Positions 48,301 to 57,674 of a stretch of 64,000 nucleotides of DNA are shown piece by piece (the first letter of the stretch is position 1; the number at the start of each line of letters is the position of its first letter). The notes below the pieces were generated by a model. That model saw nothing but the letters and a program-made list of their open reading frames with translations. It did not search any database and was not told where the DNA came from. Source of the DNA: Alphaproteobacteria bacterium (GTDB taxonomy: Bacteria; Pseudomonadota; Alphaproteobacteria; GCA-2731375); NCBI GenBank assembly GCA_965232515.1, contig CBDDPY010000002.1, positions 2,016,001 through 2,080,000 of the forward strand, in the 5' to 3' direction. The position numbers were made by a program, and so were the translations under genes.

Positions 48301-49242
48301 TCATAGCGCGCCCCGCTTCAGGTGGCGCTGGTAGAGCCAGCCGAACGGCAGCAGCAGCAACGCGGTGAACACGACGAGGAAGATGCCGACCGTGAACGCC
48401 ATGCCGAAATCGCCGGACATGAAGGCGAAGCGGTACATCAGGATGCTGAGCACGCTGGTGTCGTAGCCCGGTCCGCCGCCGGTCAGCGTGAACGGCTGCT
48501 CGATCTTCGCCAGGTTGAAGGCGATGCGCAGGATGATCACCACCAGGATCGCGCCCTTGATCCGCGGCAGCGTGACGACCAGGAACCGCTGCACCGCGTT
48601 GGCGCCGTAGATCTCGGCCAGCTCGTAGTAGTAGCGCGGGATCGACTGCAGCGACGACAGGATGATCAGGAACATGAACGGCCAGAACGTCCAGGTCGCC
48701 ACCAGCGTGATCAGCCAGCGCGCCCAGGCACCGTCCGAGAACCAGTAGATCGGCTCGTCGATGATGCCGAAAGCCATCAGGTAATGCGTGACCATACCCA
48801 GCCCCGGATCCAGCAGGAACAGCCAGATTGCGCCGACCACCACCGGCGGCATCGCGTAGGACACGATCATCACGCCGCGCCACAGCGCCCGGAACGGCAC
48901 GAAGGACTGGTTCAGCACCAGGGCCGCGGCGATCGCGACGACGAGCTGGAACAGCGTCGACAGCGAATAGATCAGCGTCGCCCGGATCGAATCCCAGAAG
49001 TAATCCGCCGTCAGAAAGCCGGTGTAGTTGTCGAGCCCGCGCCAGGTCGGCTCGCCCAGGAACGGCCAGTTGTGCAGACTCATCCAGATGCCCTGCAGGA
49101 ACGGCACCCACAGCAGCAGCAGCATGAACAGGCTGGTCGGCAGCAGGAACAGCGCAATCAGCTTGGTATCGGGATCGAGACGACGCTTGCCCGCCGCCGC
49201 GCCCGCCCGGTCCTGGCCGGGCGATGCGAGGGAGACGGTCAT
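48301..49242 (-). CDS. Carbohydrate ABC transporter permease (MalF-like)
   Basis: GLDNY, LQSIP..YYELAEIYGA...QRF..VTLP, TGGGPG. Confidence 0.93.
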   Translation of the reverse strand: MTVSLASPGQDRAGAAAGKRRLDPDTKLIALFLLPTSLFMLLLLWVPFLQGIWMSLHNWPFLGEPTWRGLDNYTGFLTADYFWDSIRATLIYSLSTLFQLVVAIAAALVLNQSFVPFRALWRGVMIVSYAMPPVVVGAIWLFLLDPGLGMVTHYLMAFGIIDEPIYWFSDGAWARWLITLVATWTFWPFMFLIILSSLQSIPRYYYELAEIYGANAVQRFLVVTLPRIKGAILVVIILRIAFNLAKIEQPFTLTGGGPGYDTSVLSILMYRFAFMSGDFGMAFTVGIFLVVFTALLLLPFGWLYQRHLKRGAL

Positions 49243-49270
49243 GCCGCCTCCCCCTGCTCTAACCCATCGC

Positions 49271-50650
49271 TCAAGACGTCAGCGCGGCGTTGACCTCGTC
49301 CGCGTAAGCAGCGAGTTGGTCTTTGACCGATGCGCCCTGCAGCATCTTCTGCCCGTGCGGCGCCAGCAGGTTGTACTGGATGTCCACCGACTTCGGGTGA
49401 TTGGCCCAGACGCCGGCATTCTCCAGCATGGCGATGCCGGCCTCGGCATAGCGGTCGGGCTGGCCCTTGATCTCGTCCCAGACATCATTGCGGGCGCACA
49501 GGCCGGCGACCTTGGCGTAGGCCACCTGGTTCTCCGGCGACAGCCATTCCTTGATGAAGGCCCAGGCCGCCTGTTCCTTGATCGCGGCGTCGGGGCCTTC
49601 CTGCTGGACGATCTCGAAAGTGCCGGCCGCCAGCATGGTCTGCGAGCCCGACGTGCCGCCTGTAATCGGGAAGTGCGGCGTCCAGACGATGGTGCCGTCC
49701 TTCATCTGCTCCGGCATCCGGTCCAGCAGCGTGCCGCGGTTCAGGATATCGGCATGCACGATGCTCTTGCGGCCCTGGATCAGCTGCTCCACCGCCGCCT
49801 CGTCCGAGCTCTGCACCGTCTGCGGCGAGCTCAGTTTGTGCTTGCGGAAGACGTCGACATAGAACTGCACGCCCTGGATCCAGGCCTCGCTGGTCGCCGT
49901 CGACTTCGTCCACTTGGCGTCCAGGAAGTCGCTGTTCTCGGCGTCGAGCGACCGGATCCAGCCGTTCAGCTGCGTGTCGCCGAAGTCCCAGATCTTGCCG
50001 TAGACCTCGGTCGGATATCTCACCTCGGCCTTGGCCTGGATCTCCTTGCAGAGCTGGATGTAATGGTCGGTATCCCGGATCGGGAAGTTCTGCTCGAAAT
50101 CGATCCCGGCCTTCTCGAAATGATCGCGGCGCAGGATCGCCGGCGCCTGCGGGATCAGCGCGAACGGCATGTCCTTGATGGTCTGGCCGTCATCGAAGCC
50201 GCTGTTCATCCGCTGGATCAGCGGCATCAGCCATTTGGTCGCGTCCCGGGTGCCGGCATCCAGATCGCTCTCGATCATGTCGTCGAGCGGGCGCAGGAAC
50301 GGGCGTAACTGGCCGGTCCAGCGGCCGATGGCGTCGAACACCGTCGGCTTCAAACCGCCCGCGAAGTTGGTGCGGTATTTCGGCCCGATGATGTCGCCGT
50401 AACCGTTCCAGGAGACGTTCACCGTGGCGCCGGTCTTCTGCTCGAACGCCTTGACGATCGACTCCGACAGCTTGCGGACCAGCTTGTTCTGCACGCCGAT
50501 CATGTTCCAGTAGTCGATGGTCACGCCCTTCAGGTCCGTCTTCGGCTGCGCGAAGACCAGATCGGGCGTCAGCGAGGTGGTGATGCCGGCGGCCGCCAGG
50601 CTGGATACCGTCGACAGAAAGTGCCGGCGGGTTTGCTTACCGTTCCACAT
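49271..50650 (-). CDS. ABC transporter substrate-binding protein, Tat-exported
   Basis: TRRHFL Tat motif; SBP_bac_1-like layout; first gene of the ABC operon. Confidence 0.88.
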   Translation of the reverse strand: MWNGKQTRRHFLSTVSSLAAAGITTSLTPDLVFAQPKTDLKGVTIDYWNMIGVQNKLVRKLSESIVKAFEQKTGATVNVSWNGYGDIIGPKYRTNFAGGLKPTVFDAIGRWTGQLRPFLRPLDDMIESDLDAGTRDATKWLMPLIQRMNSGFDDGQTIKDMPFALIPQAPAILRRDHFEKAGIDFEQNFPIRDTDHYIQLCKEIQAKAEVRYPTEVYGKIWDFGDTQLNGWIRSLDAENSDFLDAKWTKSTATSEAWIQGVQFYVDVFRKHKLSSPQTVQSSDEAAVEQLIQGRKSIVHADILNRGTLLDRMPEQMKDGTIVWTPHFPITGGTSGSQTMLAAGTFEIVQQEGPDAAIKEQAAWAFIKEWLSPENQVAYAKVAGLCARNDVWDEIKGQPDRYAEAGIAMLENAGVWANHPKSVDIQYNLLAPHGQKMLQGASVKDQLAAYADEVNAALTS

Positions 50651-50725
50651 GATGTCCTCCTCCCGTTCGATAGCGTTATGGGTTCTTGTGCGCGTGTGCT
50701 CCTCGGTTGTCCTAGCGGGGCGCGG

Positions 50726-51613
50726 TCAGGTGTCGGCCGCGGCCTGCTTGGCGTAGAGTTTGTTGTCGCCCTGATGCTGCAGCGCGAAGATCGACGTCGC
50801 CTGCGGCGGCAGCGGCTGCGGCAGGCGCACCGGCACCGCCGAGACCCGCGGCTCCAGCGGCTGCGCGCCGCTGATGATGCGGCTGTTCAACTCGTCCCAG
50901 TCCTTGAATGGCCCCAGGCCGCCGGCGATCGGCAACGCGTCGGCCGCCGCCACCTCGTAGAGCAGCAGGCGCCTGGGCTTGCCCGACCGGTTCTGCTCCG
51001 AGCCGTGCAGCACGCGGGCGTGGTGGAAGCTGACGCTGCCGGCGCGGCCGGTGATCGGCACGGCGTCCTTCAGGAACGACGCCGTTTCGTCGTCGGCGAT
51101 GGCGCCGCAGAAATAGCCCTCGGAATGATGATCGTAGATCCGGCCGGTGTGCGATCCCGGCACGATCATCAGTGGACCGTTTTCCAGCGTCATGTCGTCC
51201 AGCATCACGCCGACGGCCAGCACGTCGTCGTTGGTGTGCGGATAGAAGGCCCAGTCCTGGTGCCACTCGACGGCGGCGCCGCCGGTCGACTTGATGTTCA
51301 GCTTGCTGTTCTGCAGCCGCACGTCCGGGCCCAGCAACGCGGTCATCACCTCAACCAGCGCCGGCTCGCGGATCAGATCGAAGAAGGCCGGATCGACGGC
51401 GTGCGGCGCCTTGATGCGTTCCAGCCGTGGCGCGCCTGATGTATGCCCCTCGCCCAGTTCGAAGACGTCGTCGGTCTCGGCGACCTCGCGCGACTGCGCG
51501 ATCCAGGCATCGGTCTTGGCCCGCAGCGTGGCGATGGTGTTATCGGACAACAACCCCTCGACCACGACGTAACCGTCGCGGCGATACGACGCCACCAGTT
51601 GCTGCGACCCCAC
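50726..51613 (-). CDS. Phytanoyl-CoA dioxygenase (PhyH) family Fe(II)/2OG oxygenase
   Basis: WHQDWAFYPHTN (HxD), ENGPL...PGSH, FHH...LHGS..N...PRR; GTG start inferred. Confidence 0.9.
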   Translation of the reverse strand: MGSQQLVASYRRDGYVVVEGLLSDNTIATLRAKTDAWIAQSREVAETDDVFELGEGHTSGAPRLERIKAPHAVDPAFFDLIREPALVEVMTALLGPDVRLQNSKLNIKSTGGAAVEWHQDWAFYPHTNDDVLAVGVMLDDMTLENGPLMIVPGSHTGRIYDHHSEGYFCGAIADDETASFLKDAVPITGRAGSVSFHHARVLHGSEQNRSGKPRRLLLYEVAAADALPIAGGLGPFKDWDELNSRIISGAQPLEPRVSAVPVRLPQPLPPQATSIFALQHQGDNKLYAKQAAADT

Positions 51614-51636
51614 GGACCTGTCCCCCTGCCCCGAAA

Positions 51637-51652
51637 GTGGAAACGTTTCCAC
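51637..51652. promoter_or_regulatory. LacI-family operator
   Basis: Perfect 16-bp palindrome GTGGAAACGTTTCCAC with a central CG, between the PhyH operon and the divergent LacI gene. Confidence 0.8.
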
Positions 51653-51722
51653 ATAAGCTTGCCGACATATGCGACCGGCTGTCAAGCTTGCATCCGTCGC
51701 ATCATTCCCGGAAAAGACTGCC

Positions 51723-52733
51723 GTGCCCGCGCCGAAACCGATCACCATCCGCGATGTTGCCCGCCGCGCCGAAGTCGGCGTCGGCACCGTCTCACGCGTG
51801 ATGTCGAACTCGCCGAAGGTCGCGGCCGAGACGCGCGAGCGCGTGCTCAGGGCCGCCGCGGACCTGAACTACGTGCCCAACAGCGTCGCCGGCTCGCTGG
51901 CTTCAAGGCGCACGCGGGTCGTCGCCATGCTGGTGCCGACGCTCGGCAACTCGATCTTCGCCGAGACCGTCGACGGCGCCGCCGAGCGCCTGACCCAGGA
52001 CGGCTTCCAGCTCATGCTCGGCAACACCGGCTACAGCCAGGAACTGGAAGACCAGCTCACGCTCGCCTTCCTCGGCCGCCGGCCCGAGGGCCTGATCCTG
52101 ACCGGCACCCGGCACTCGCCCGCCACGCTCAGGGTGCTGCACGACGCCGGCATCCCGATCGTCGAGACCTGGGAACTGCCCGAGACCGCGCTCGACCTCG
52201 CCGTCGGCTTCTCCAACGCCAACGCGGCGCGCGACATGACCGCGCACATGCTGGCCCGCGGCTACCGCCAGATCGTCATGCTGGGCCGGCCGCCGGGCAT
52301 GGAACGGCGCAACGACCAGCGCCTGCAGGGCTATGCCGAGGCCATGCAGGCGCAAGGTCTGAGCCCCCGGTTCGTGCACAGCTCGCGGCCGCTCGACCAG
52401 CATATGGCCGCCGGCGCCGCCGGTCTGCATGACCTGCGTCGGGAATACCCCGACGCCGACGCCGTGTTCTGCGCCGACGATATCCACGCCGCCGGCCTGC
52501 TGTTCGAGTGCCAGCGTCTCGGCCTCGCCGTGCCGGGCGACCTGGCGATCGCCGGCTTCGGCGACTTCCCCGTCGCCGCCGGCGTGCACCCCCGCCTCAC
52601 CACCGTCCGCATCCCCGGCCACGACATCGGCCGCACCGCCGCCGAGCTCATCCTCGATCGCCGCAACGGCGCCGACATCCCCGACACCCGCTTCGACCTG
52701 GGCTACGAGATCATTCCCCGCGAGACGACGTAG
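51723..52733 (+). CDS. LacI family regulator
   Basis: TIRDVARRAEVGVGTVSRV, LNYVPN..A.SL, VFC.DD..A.G, VPGDLAIAGF, LTTV. Confidence 0.95.
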   Translation: MPAPKPITIRDVARRAEVGVGTVSRVMSNSPKVAAETRERVLRAAADLNYVPNSVAGSLASRRTRVVAMLVPTLGNSIFAETVDGAAERLTQDGFQLMLGNTGYSQELEDQLTLAFLGRRPEGLILTGTRHSPATLRVLHDAGIPIVETWELPETALDLAVGFSNANAARDMTAHMLARGYRQIVMLGRPPGMERRNDQRLQGYAEAMQAQGLSPRFVHSSRPLDQHMAAGAAGLHDLRREYPDADAVFCADDIHAAGLLFECQRLGLAVPGDLAIAGFGDFPVAAGVHPRLTTVRIPGHDIGRTAAELILDRRNGADIPDTRFDLGYEIIPRETT

Positions 52734-52740
52734 GCGACCA

Positions 52741-53364
52741 TCAGTACGACAGGCTGGGCGACTGTCGCAGATAGGTATCGTCGCTGAGTTGCCGCAGCAT
52801 GAAGCCGGCGATATCCGCGCGTGAAATCTTCAGCTTCAGGTCCGGCTCCGTCGGCGGAAAGCCGTGTTTGTAGATGCCGGTCGCGGGGCCGTTGGTGAAG
52901 GCGCCGGGCCGGACGATGGTCCAGTCCAGGTCGCTCTGTTCGACAAACGCTTCCTGCGCCTGGTGATCGGCATAGGCGTCCCGCAGCAGAAATCCGAACA
53001 TGATGCGCTTCCAGAAGAAGTTGAGATGCGCGCGGCTGTCCCCGGCGCCCAGCGTGCTCAAGCACGAAAGCCGGCGAACGCCATGGCGCTGCATCGCCTC
53101 AATGACATGTTGGGTACCGACGGAACGGACCGTCCCCTTCCGCCCCGACCCCAGCGCGATCACGACAGCGTCATGCCCCCGCACGGCGTTCGCGACGGCC
53201 TGCCGGTCGAGAACATCGCCCGCGCAGCGGTCGAGGCAATGATGCGTCAATTCCAGTGCGTCGGGCCGGCGCGCGAATGCCGTCACCCGATGCCCGCGCG
53301 TCAATGCCTGCTCGACCAGATGGCGTCCGAGCGTCCCCGTCGCGCCGAAGATAATCAGCTTCAT
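52741..53364 (-). CDS. NAD(P)H-binding atypical SDR (flavin reductase/BVR-B-like)
   Basis: IFGATG.LG, DWTIVRPG, ISRADIA.FM. Confidence 0.9.
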   Translation of the reverse strand: MKLIIFGATGTLGRHLVEQALTRGHRVTAFARRPDALELTHHCLDRCAGDVLDRQAVANAVRGHDAVVIALGSGRKGTVRSVGTQHVIEAMQRHGVRRLSCLSTLGAGDSRAHLNFFWKRIMFGFLLRDAYADHQAQEAFVEQSDLDWTIVRPGAFTNGPATGIYKHGFPPTEPDLKLKISRADIAGFMLRQLSDDTYLRQSPSLSY

Positions 53365-53381
53365 GTCCCGCTTCCTTTCAC

Positions 53382-53437
53382 TTGACACGGTGTCAATTGA
53401 CACAATGACAAGTAGGTGCTACTTGACATCATGTCAA
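53382..53437. promoter_or_regulatory. Three TetR operator palindromes TTGACA-N3-TGTCAA
   Basis: TTGACACGGTGTCAA (53382-96), TTGACACAATGACAA (53397-411), TTGACATCATGTCAA (53423-37, overlapping the tetR ATG). Confidence 0.8.
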
Positions 53438-54030
53438 GAGACGATCCCGATACCCGCACGAGAATCCTGCGGGCCACCTGGGACCTGCTGGAGGAACGCC
53501 GGGGCCAGGGCGTGCGCATGTCGGATATTGCCCGCCAGGCCGGCATCAGCCGCCAGGCGCTCTACCTGCACTTCCCCACCCGGGCCGAGCTGCTGATCGC
53601 TACGACCCACTATCTCGATGACGTCAAGGGCACCGAGGAACGTCTGGCGCCGAGCCGCGCGGCCGAAACGGGCATCGAACGCCTCGACGCCTTCATCGAG
53701 GCCTGGGCCGCCTACATGCCGGAGATCTACGGGCTGGCGAAGGCGTTCCTCGCCATGCGCGAAACCGACGCGGCCGCCGCGACGGCCTGGGACCAGCGCA
53801 TGCAGGATATGCGCGAGGGCTGCGAGGCCGCGATCGCCGCGCTGAAACGGGATCGAATGCTTTCCACGGCATATGCGCCGAAACAGGCGACCGACATCCT
53901 TTGGACCCTGCTCTCGATCCGTAACTGGGAGCAGTGGACGCTTCATTGCGGCTGGTCGCAGAAGCGCTACCTGACAACCGTCAAATCGATGGCGCACCGC
54001 CTCCTCGTCGCCGACGGCGCGCCGAACTGA
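53431..54030 (+). CDS. TetR family regulator
   Basis: TRTRIL.A...LL, MSDIARQAGISRQALYLHF. Confidence 0.92.
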   Translation: MSRDDPDTRTRILRATWDLLEERRGQGVRMSDIARQAGISRQALYLHFPTRAELLIATTHYLDDVKGTEERLAPSRAAETGIERLDAFIEAWAAYMPEIYGLAKAFLAMRETDAAAATAWDQRMQDMREGCEAAIAALKRDRMLSTAYAPKQATDILWTLLSIRNWEQWTLHCGWSQKRYLTTVKSMAHRLLVADGAPN

Positions 54031-54049
54031 CCGGCACAGGTGGCCGTGC

Positions 54050-54748
54050 TCAGCCCGCCGTGGCCTGGCGGGTCGGCACCGTGCCGCGACGCAGCCGGAA
54101 ATAGACTTCGAGCCCGATCAGGTACGGCACGTAGAAGGCGAAGATCTGGAACTGGTCGAAGGGGCCCGTAAACCCGGGCGCCACCCACAAGCCGCCGGTC
54201 ATGAAAAACCAGACCGAATAATGCGCCCGGTAGATCCAGGACCCGATCGCCAGGAAGAACAGCCGCAGCGCCCATTCCCGGTGCCGGTCGAACTGACGGG
54301 CCCGGGCGTAGCGCACGGTCTGGATCGCGGCGGCGAAGACGCAGACGCCGTAGGCGGCGAAGCCGACGTCCATCAGCGGGCCGCCGATGGTGCCGTGGAC
54401 GACGATATAGGTCGTGCCGCCGACCGCGCTCGCCAGCGCACAGACGAAAAACACATACCCCGTCCAGCGGTGGACCCGCGGATAGCGGTTGCGCAACGGG
54501 GCGACCAGCTGCAGCGGGGCCAGCAGCGTGATGATCGCGCCGGGAATCATGTGGCCGAAGATCGCCGGATTGGACAGCCAGCCGTCGGCGGCGAACAAGC
54601 GCGAGACGCCGGTGAGATCCGTGGTCAGCCCCGCCCATCCCAGGCCGGCCGCTCGGATGACGAACGACATCGACAACAGCGCCACGGTGGCGAGCGCGAC
54701 ATAGGTCAGCGCCGGCCGCCAGTCACGTCGCCGATGTCGCATGTCCAC
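54050..54748 (-). CDS. DUF2306 membrane protein
   Basis: HM..G, PLQL...LR..YP.VHRWTG, HREWALR. Confidence 0.82.
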   Translation of the reverse strand: MDMRHRRRDWRPALTYVALATVALLSMSFVIRAAGLGWAGLTTDLTGVSRLFAADGWLSNPAIFGHMIPGAIITLLAPLQLVAPLRNRYPRVHRWTGYVFFVCALASAVGGTTYIVVHGTIGGPLMDVGFAAYGVCVFAAAIQTVRYARARQFDRHREWALRLFFLAIGSWIYRAHYSVWFFMTGGLWVAPGFTGPFDQFQIFAFYVPYLIGLEVYFRLRRGTVPTRQATAG

Positions 54749-54883
54749 TCTCCCACCCCGCGCCTGTCAGACCCGAATTTGGCCGCAACCGCGCCGACAT
54801 CCAACCCAAGCGCGACGGCAACCGCCTTGCTTGGCGCTATCCGTTATATAGCTGGCGCGATCGGCAAGTTAAGGACCGGTCGG

Positions 54884-55810
54884 TTAGGCGCCACGCCCGA
54901 TCGTCAGATCGTAGGCGAGCTTGGCCGCGGCGGTGTCCATGATGGCGATGCCGACGGAATCGTAGATGACTGTCGCGCCCGCCGGCACGGTCTTGCCGCC
55001 GGCATAGATTTCGCCGATCTCGGCGAAGATCTCGCAACCCGAGCCGCGCACGTTGCCGGCCTGATCGCGGGCGGCATCCATGGATTCGACGATCACCGTA
55101 TTGGCCATCGCCGCGTCGTCAAGCTCCCGGCCGTCCGCCCCGTTCCAGCCGACCGCGGTGACGAACGCCCCCGGCTTCAGCCACGCGCCTTCCAGAACGG
55201 GTTCGGTAGCCGACGTCGTGCAGGCGACGATGTCGGCGTCACGCACGGCCCGTTCCGCCTCGGCACAGAACACGGCGCCGATGTCTTCCGCGACCGCCCG
55301 CCCGTGATCCGCGTTGCGGGCCCACAACCGCATCTCCCCGAACCGCCGGACTTCCGCCAACGCTTGCGCATGGGCACGCGCCTGCACGCCGTTGCCCATG
55401 ATGGTGACAACCGCGGGCTGATCGACCGCCAGCTTCCGCGCCGCGGCGGCGCTGCCGGCCGCCGTCCGCATCTCGGTGATCAGACGGCCGTCCAGCACCG
55501 CCAGCGGCGACCCGTTCGCCTTGTCGAAGACCAGGATCACCGCCTGATGCGTCGGCAGGTCCGTGCCGGCATTCTCGTGATAGAGCGTCACGACCTTGAC
55601 GGCCATCGCCGCGCCGACCGCCGGCATGGCGGCGATGATCGCGTCGCGCCCCGGCACCGGCACCATCTGCCGAACCGGCTGGGCGACGCGCCCGGCGGAA
55701 AAGTCGATCATCGCCGCTTCGATCGCGTCGATCAGCGGCCCCCATTCGAGCGCCGTGGCGATCTGCGCCTCGCCGACGAACGGCAGCGCTTCTAGTCCCT
55801 GATAAGCCAT
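54884..55810 (-). CDS. Ornithine cyclodeaminase/mu-crystallin family protein
   Basis: MPA, KVVT, LPTHQA, ITEMRTAA.S, GNGVQA, DSVGIA..D. Confidence 0.92.
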   Translation of the reverse strand: MAYQGLEALPFVGEAQIATALEWGPLIDAIEAAMIDFSAGRVAQPVRQMVPVPGRDAIIAAMPAVGAAMAVKVVTLYHENAGTDLPTHQAVILVFDKANGSPLAVLDGRLITEMRTAAGSAAAARKLAVDQPAVVTIMGNGVQARAHAQALAEVRRFGEMRLWARNADHGRAVAEDIGAVFCAEAERAVRDADIVACTTSATEPVLEGAWLKPGAFVTAVGWNGADGRELDDAAMANTVIVESMDAARDQAGNVRGSGCEIFAEIGEIYAGGKTVPAGATVIYDSVGIAIMDTAAAKLAYDLTIGRGA

Positions 55811-55865
55811 GCCGCTGAGTGTATGGCCCTTGCCGGAACTTAGCCAAACGCCGACGTTGGAAACG

Positions 55866-56522
55866 TCAGGCAGGTTCCACGGTCCTGTGGTCGTGGCTGA
55901 AACAGACCTGCCGCGCCGCCAGCGTCTTCAGCCGCGCGATCGTCTCGGTATAAGTCGCCGCCATGCCGTCGAACGCCTGCGCCGTATCGCCGCCGGCCGC
56001 ATATTCGGCGGCGGTAAAGGCGGCCTGCGCCGCGATCAGCGTCGGCCCGGACGCATCGTCGATCAGCACCGACTGGTGGCCGGGCGTGTGCCCGTGGCTG
56101 GCGATCACGCGGATGCCCGGCAGGATCTCCGCATTGCCGGAAACGTCCACGAGACGGGCGCCGTCATGGTCGAACCATTCCGCGACTGTGTATTTCGGCC
56201 GTCGCGCCGCCGCCAGCTCGCTGGCCTGAACCACGATATCCGCGTTCGGGAACAGCCGGTTGTTGCCGCAGTGGTCATAATGCAGATGGGAGTTGATCAC
56301 CGTCGACACATCGGCCGCCTGCACGCCGTGCTGCGCCAGGAGATCGACAATCGGCTGGCGCCGGGGACGAAACAACTTCTCGACCAGCGGGCTGTCGTCG
56401 CCGACTCCAGTATCGACCAGCACGGCGCGATCCCCGGTCAGCACCAGATAGCCATAGACCTCGATCTGCTCGCCACCCTGCCAGACGGTGGCGAGATGCA
56501 GGCGATGAACGGCGATTGCCAT
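55866..56522 (-). CDS. Metallo-beta-lactamase fold hydrolase (AHL-lactonase-like)
   Basis: LVDTG, SHLHYDHCG, GHTPGHQS, FSHD. Confidence 0.88.
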   Translation of the reverse strand: MAIAVHRLHLATVWQGGEQIEVYGYLVLTGDRAVLVDTGVGDDSPLVEKLFRPRRQPIVDLLAQHGVQAADVSTVINSHLHYDHCGNNRLFPNADIVVQASELAAARRPKYTVAEWFDHDGARLVDVSGNAEILPGIRVIASHGHTPGHQSVLIDDASGPTLIAAQAAFTAAEYAAGGDTAQAFDGMAATYTETIARLKTLAARQVCFSHDHRTVEPA

Positions 56523-56631
56523 TCGCAACACCTACCACGCCCCCGGCGATGGCCAAAAAATATCGCGGTTCCACGGTCCGGTTCGACGGCCGTCCAGCCG
56601 GTTTACGCGGGCGAACCGGCGCAGGGCCCGG

Positions 56632-57627
56632 TCAGGCCACTCGCGCCGCCTGTTCGTTCCAATTGAACACCACGGGCCCCGAGGCGAGCCGCTGCGCCAG
56701 CGCCAGGCAATGGTCGCGGAAACCGGCATACCGGGTTCGTTTCCACGCCGCGGCCAGGTCCGGCAGCCGGCCGTCCCGCAGGTGCCCGACCGTGAAGGCG
56801 CGCGGAAATCCATGCTGTATCGGCACCACCGTGCCATCGGTCTCGACCACGAGTTGCCGCAACAGGGTCGCGAGCGGCGCATCGGCAGTCGGCTCCGGCG
56901 GCAGGTCGGCATAGACCGCCTCGGGCCGTTCGTGCAGATGCCGCCGATGCGCGAGATCGAGCTGGATCGCGAGCCGTCCCGCCGTCGCGGCCTTCAGCCG
57001 TTCGACCAGCAGGAAGGCGAATGCCGTCTCGTGTTCGTCCGGCCGGCTGCCGGCCAGCGTCGTCGCCGCCCGGCCGACTTCCTCCAGCGGATGGATCTGC
57101 AGCAGCGATGCGCCCTGTTCGACCGCGAAGCGGGCAACCCAAAGCGCCTCGTCCAGATTGTGCTGCGTCAGCGTGAAGATGAAAGCAAAGGGAATGCCGC
57201 TGTCGCGCAGGCCCGGCAGGCGCGCCGCCATCGTCTCGAAGGCCCGCGGGTTCGCGCGCATGCGATTGTGCGATTCCGGCGTGCCGTCGAGGCTGATGGC
57301 GATCAGCTCGACCCGGCCCGCGAGCAGATCCAGCCGGCGCCGATTGAGCGGCATGCCGTTCGTGGTGAGCGTGCGCGTGAAGCCCAGGTCGCCGGCCCGG
57401 TCGAGCAGATCGGCCAATCGCGCGTACAACAGCGGCTCGCCGCCCGACAGGCTGACGCGGCCATAACCCTCCGCGCGCGCGTCATCGAGCAGACCGGTCA
57501 GCAGGTCCCAGGGGGTCTCCGCCGTGACATCGGGGCCGGACAGCGAATAGCAGTGCCGACAGGCAAGATTGCAACGCCGCGTCGGATGAAGTTGCACGGT
57601 CGCGCGTGGACGCTGGTCCATCGCCAC
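56632..57627 (-). CDS. Radical SAM enzyme with a Cys-free SPASM/twitch-like tail
   Basis: CNLACRHC (CxxxCxxC), SGGEP, TTNG, ISLDG; tail LVVETDGTVVPIQHGF...VGHL; GGAGGAGG RBS. Confidence 0.92.
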   Translation of the reverse strand: MAMDQRPRATVQLHPTRRCNLACRHCYSLSGPDVTAETPWDLLTGLLDDARAEGYGRVSLSGGEPLLYARLADLLDRAGDLGFTRTLTTNGMPLNRRRLDLLAGRVELIAISLDGTPESHNRMRANPRAFETMAARLPGLRDSGIPFAFIFTLTQHNLDEALWVARFAVEQGASLLQIHPLEEVGRAATTLAGSRPDEHETAFAFLLVERLKAATAGRLAIQLDLAHRRHLHERPEAVYADLPPEPTADAPLATLLRQLVVETDGTVVPIQHGFPRAFTVGHLRDGRLPDLAAAWKRTRYAGFRDHCLALAQRLASGPVVFNWNEQAARVA

Positions 57628-57634
57628 CTCCTCC

Positions 57635-57667
57635 GAAAAAGGCGCCGGGCCCCAAGAGGGGCCCGGC
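57635..57667 (-). terminator. Intrinsic terminator-like hairpin between the small protein and the radical SAM gene
   Basis: Minus strand GCCGGGCCCC-TCTT-GGGGCCCGGC followed by GCCTTTTT. Confidence 0.7.
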
Positions 57668-57674
57668 CCAGAGA

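Noticed and set aside
54884-56522. MBL hydrolase and ornithine cyclodeaminase genes as members of the radical SAM cassette
   Set aside because: Co-oriented, but separated by about 110 bp and from common stand-alone families; nothing in the sequence ties them to the cassette, though synteny should be checked
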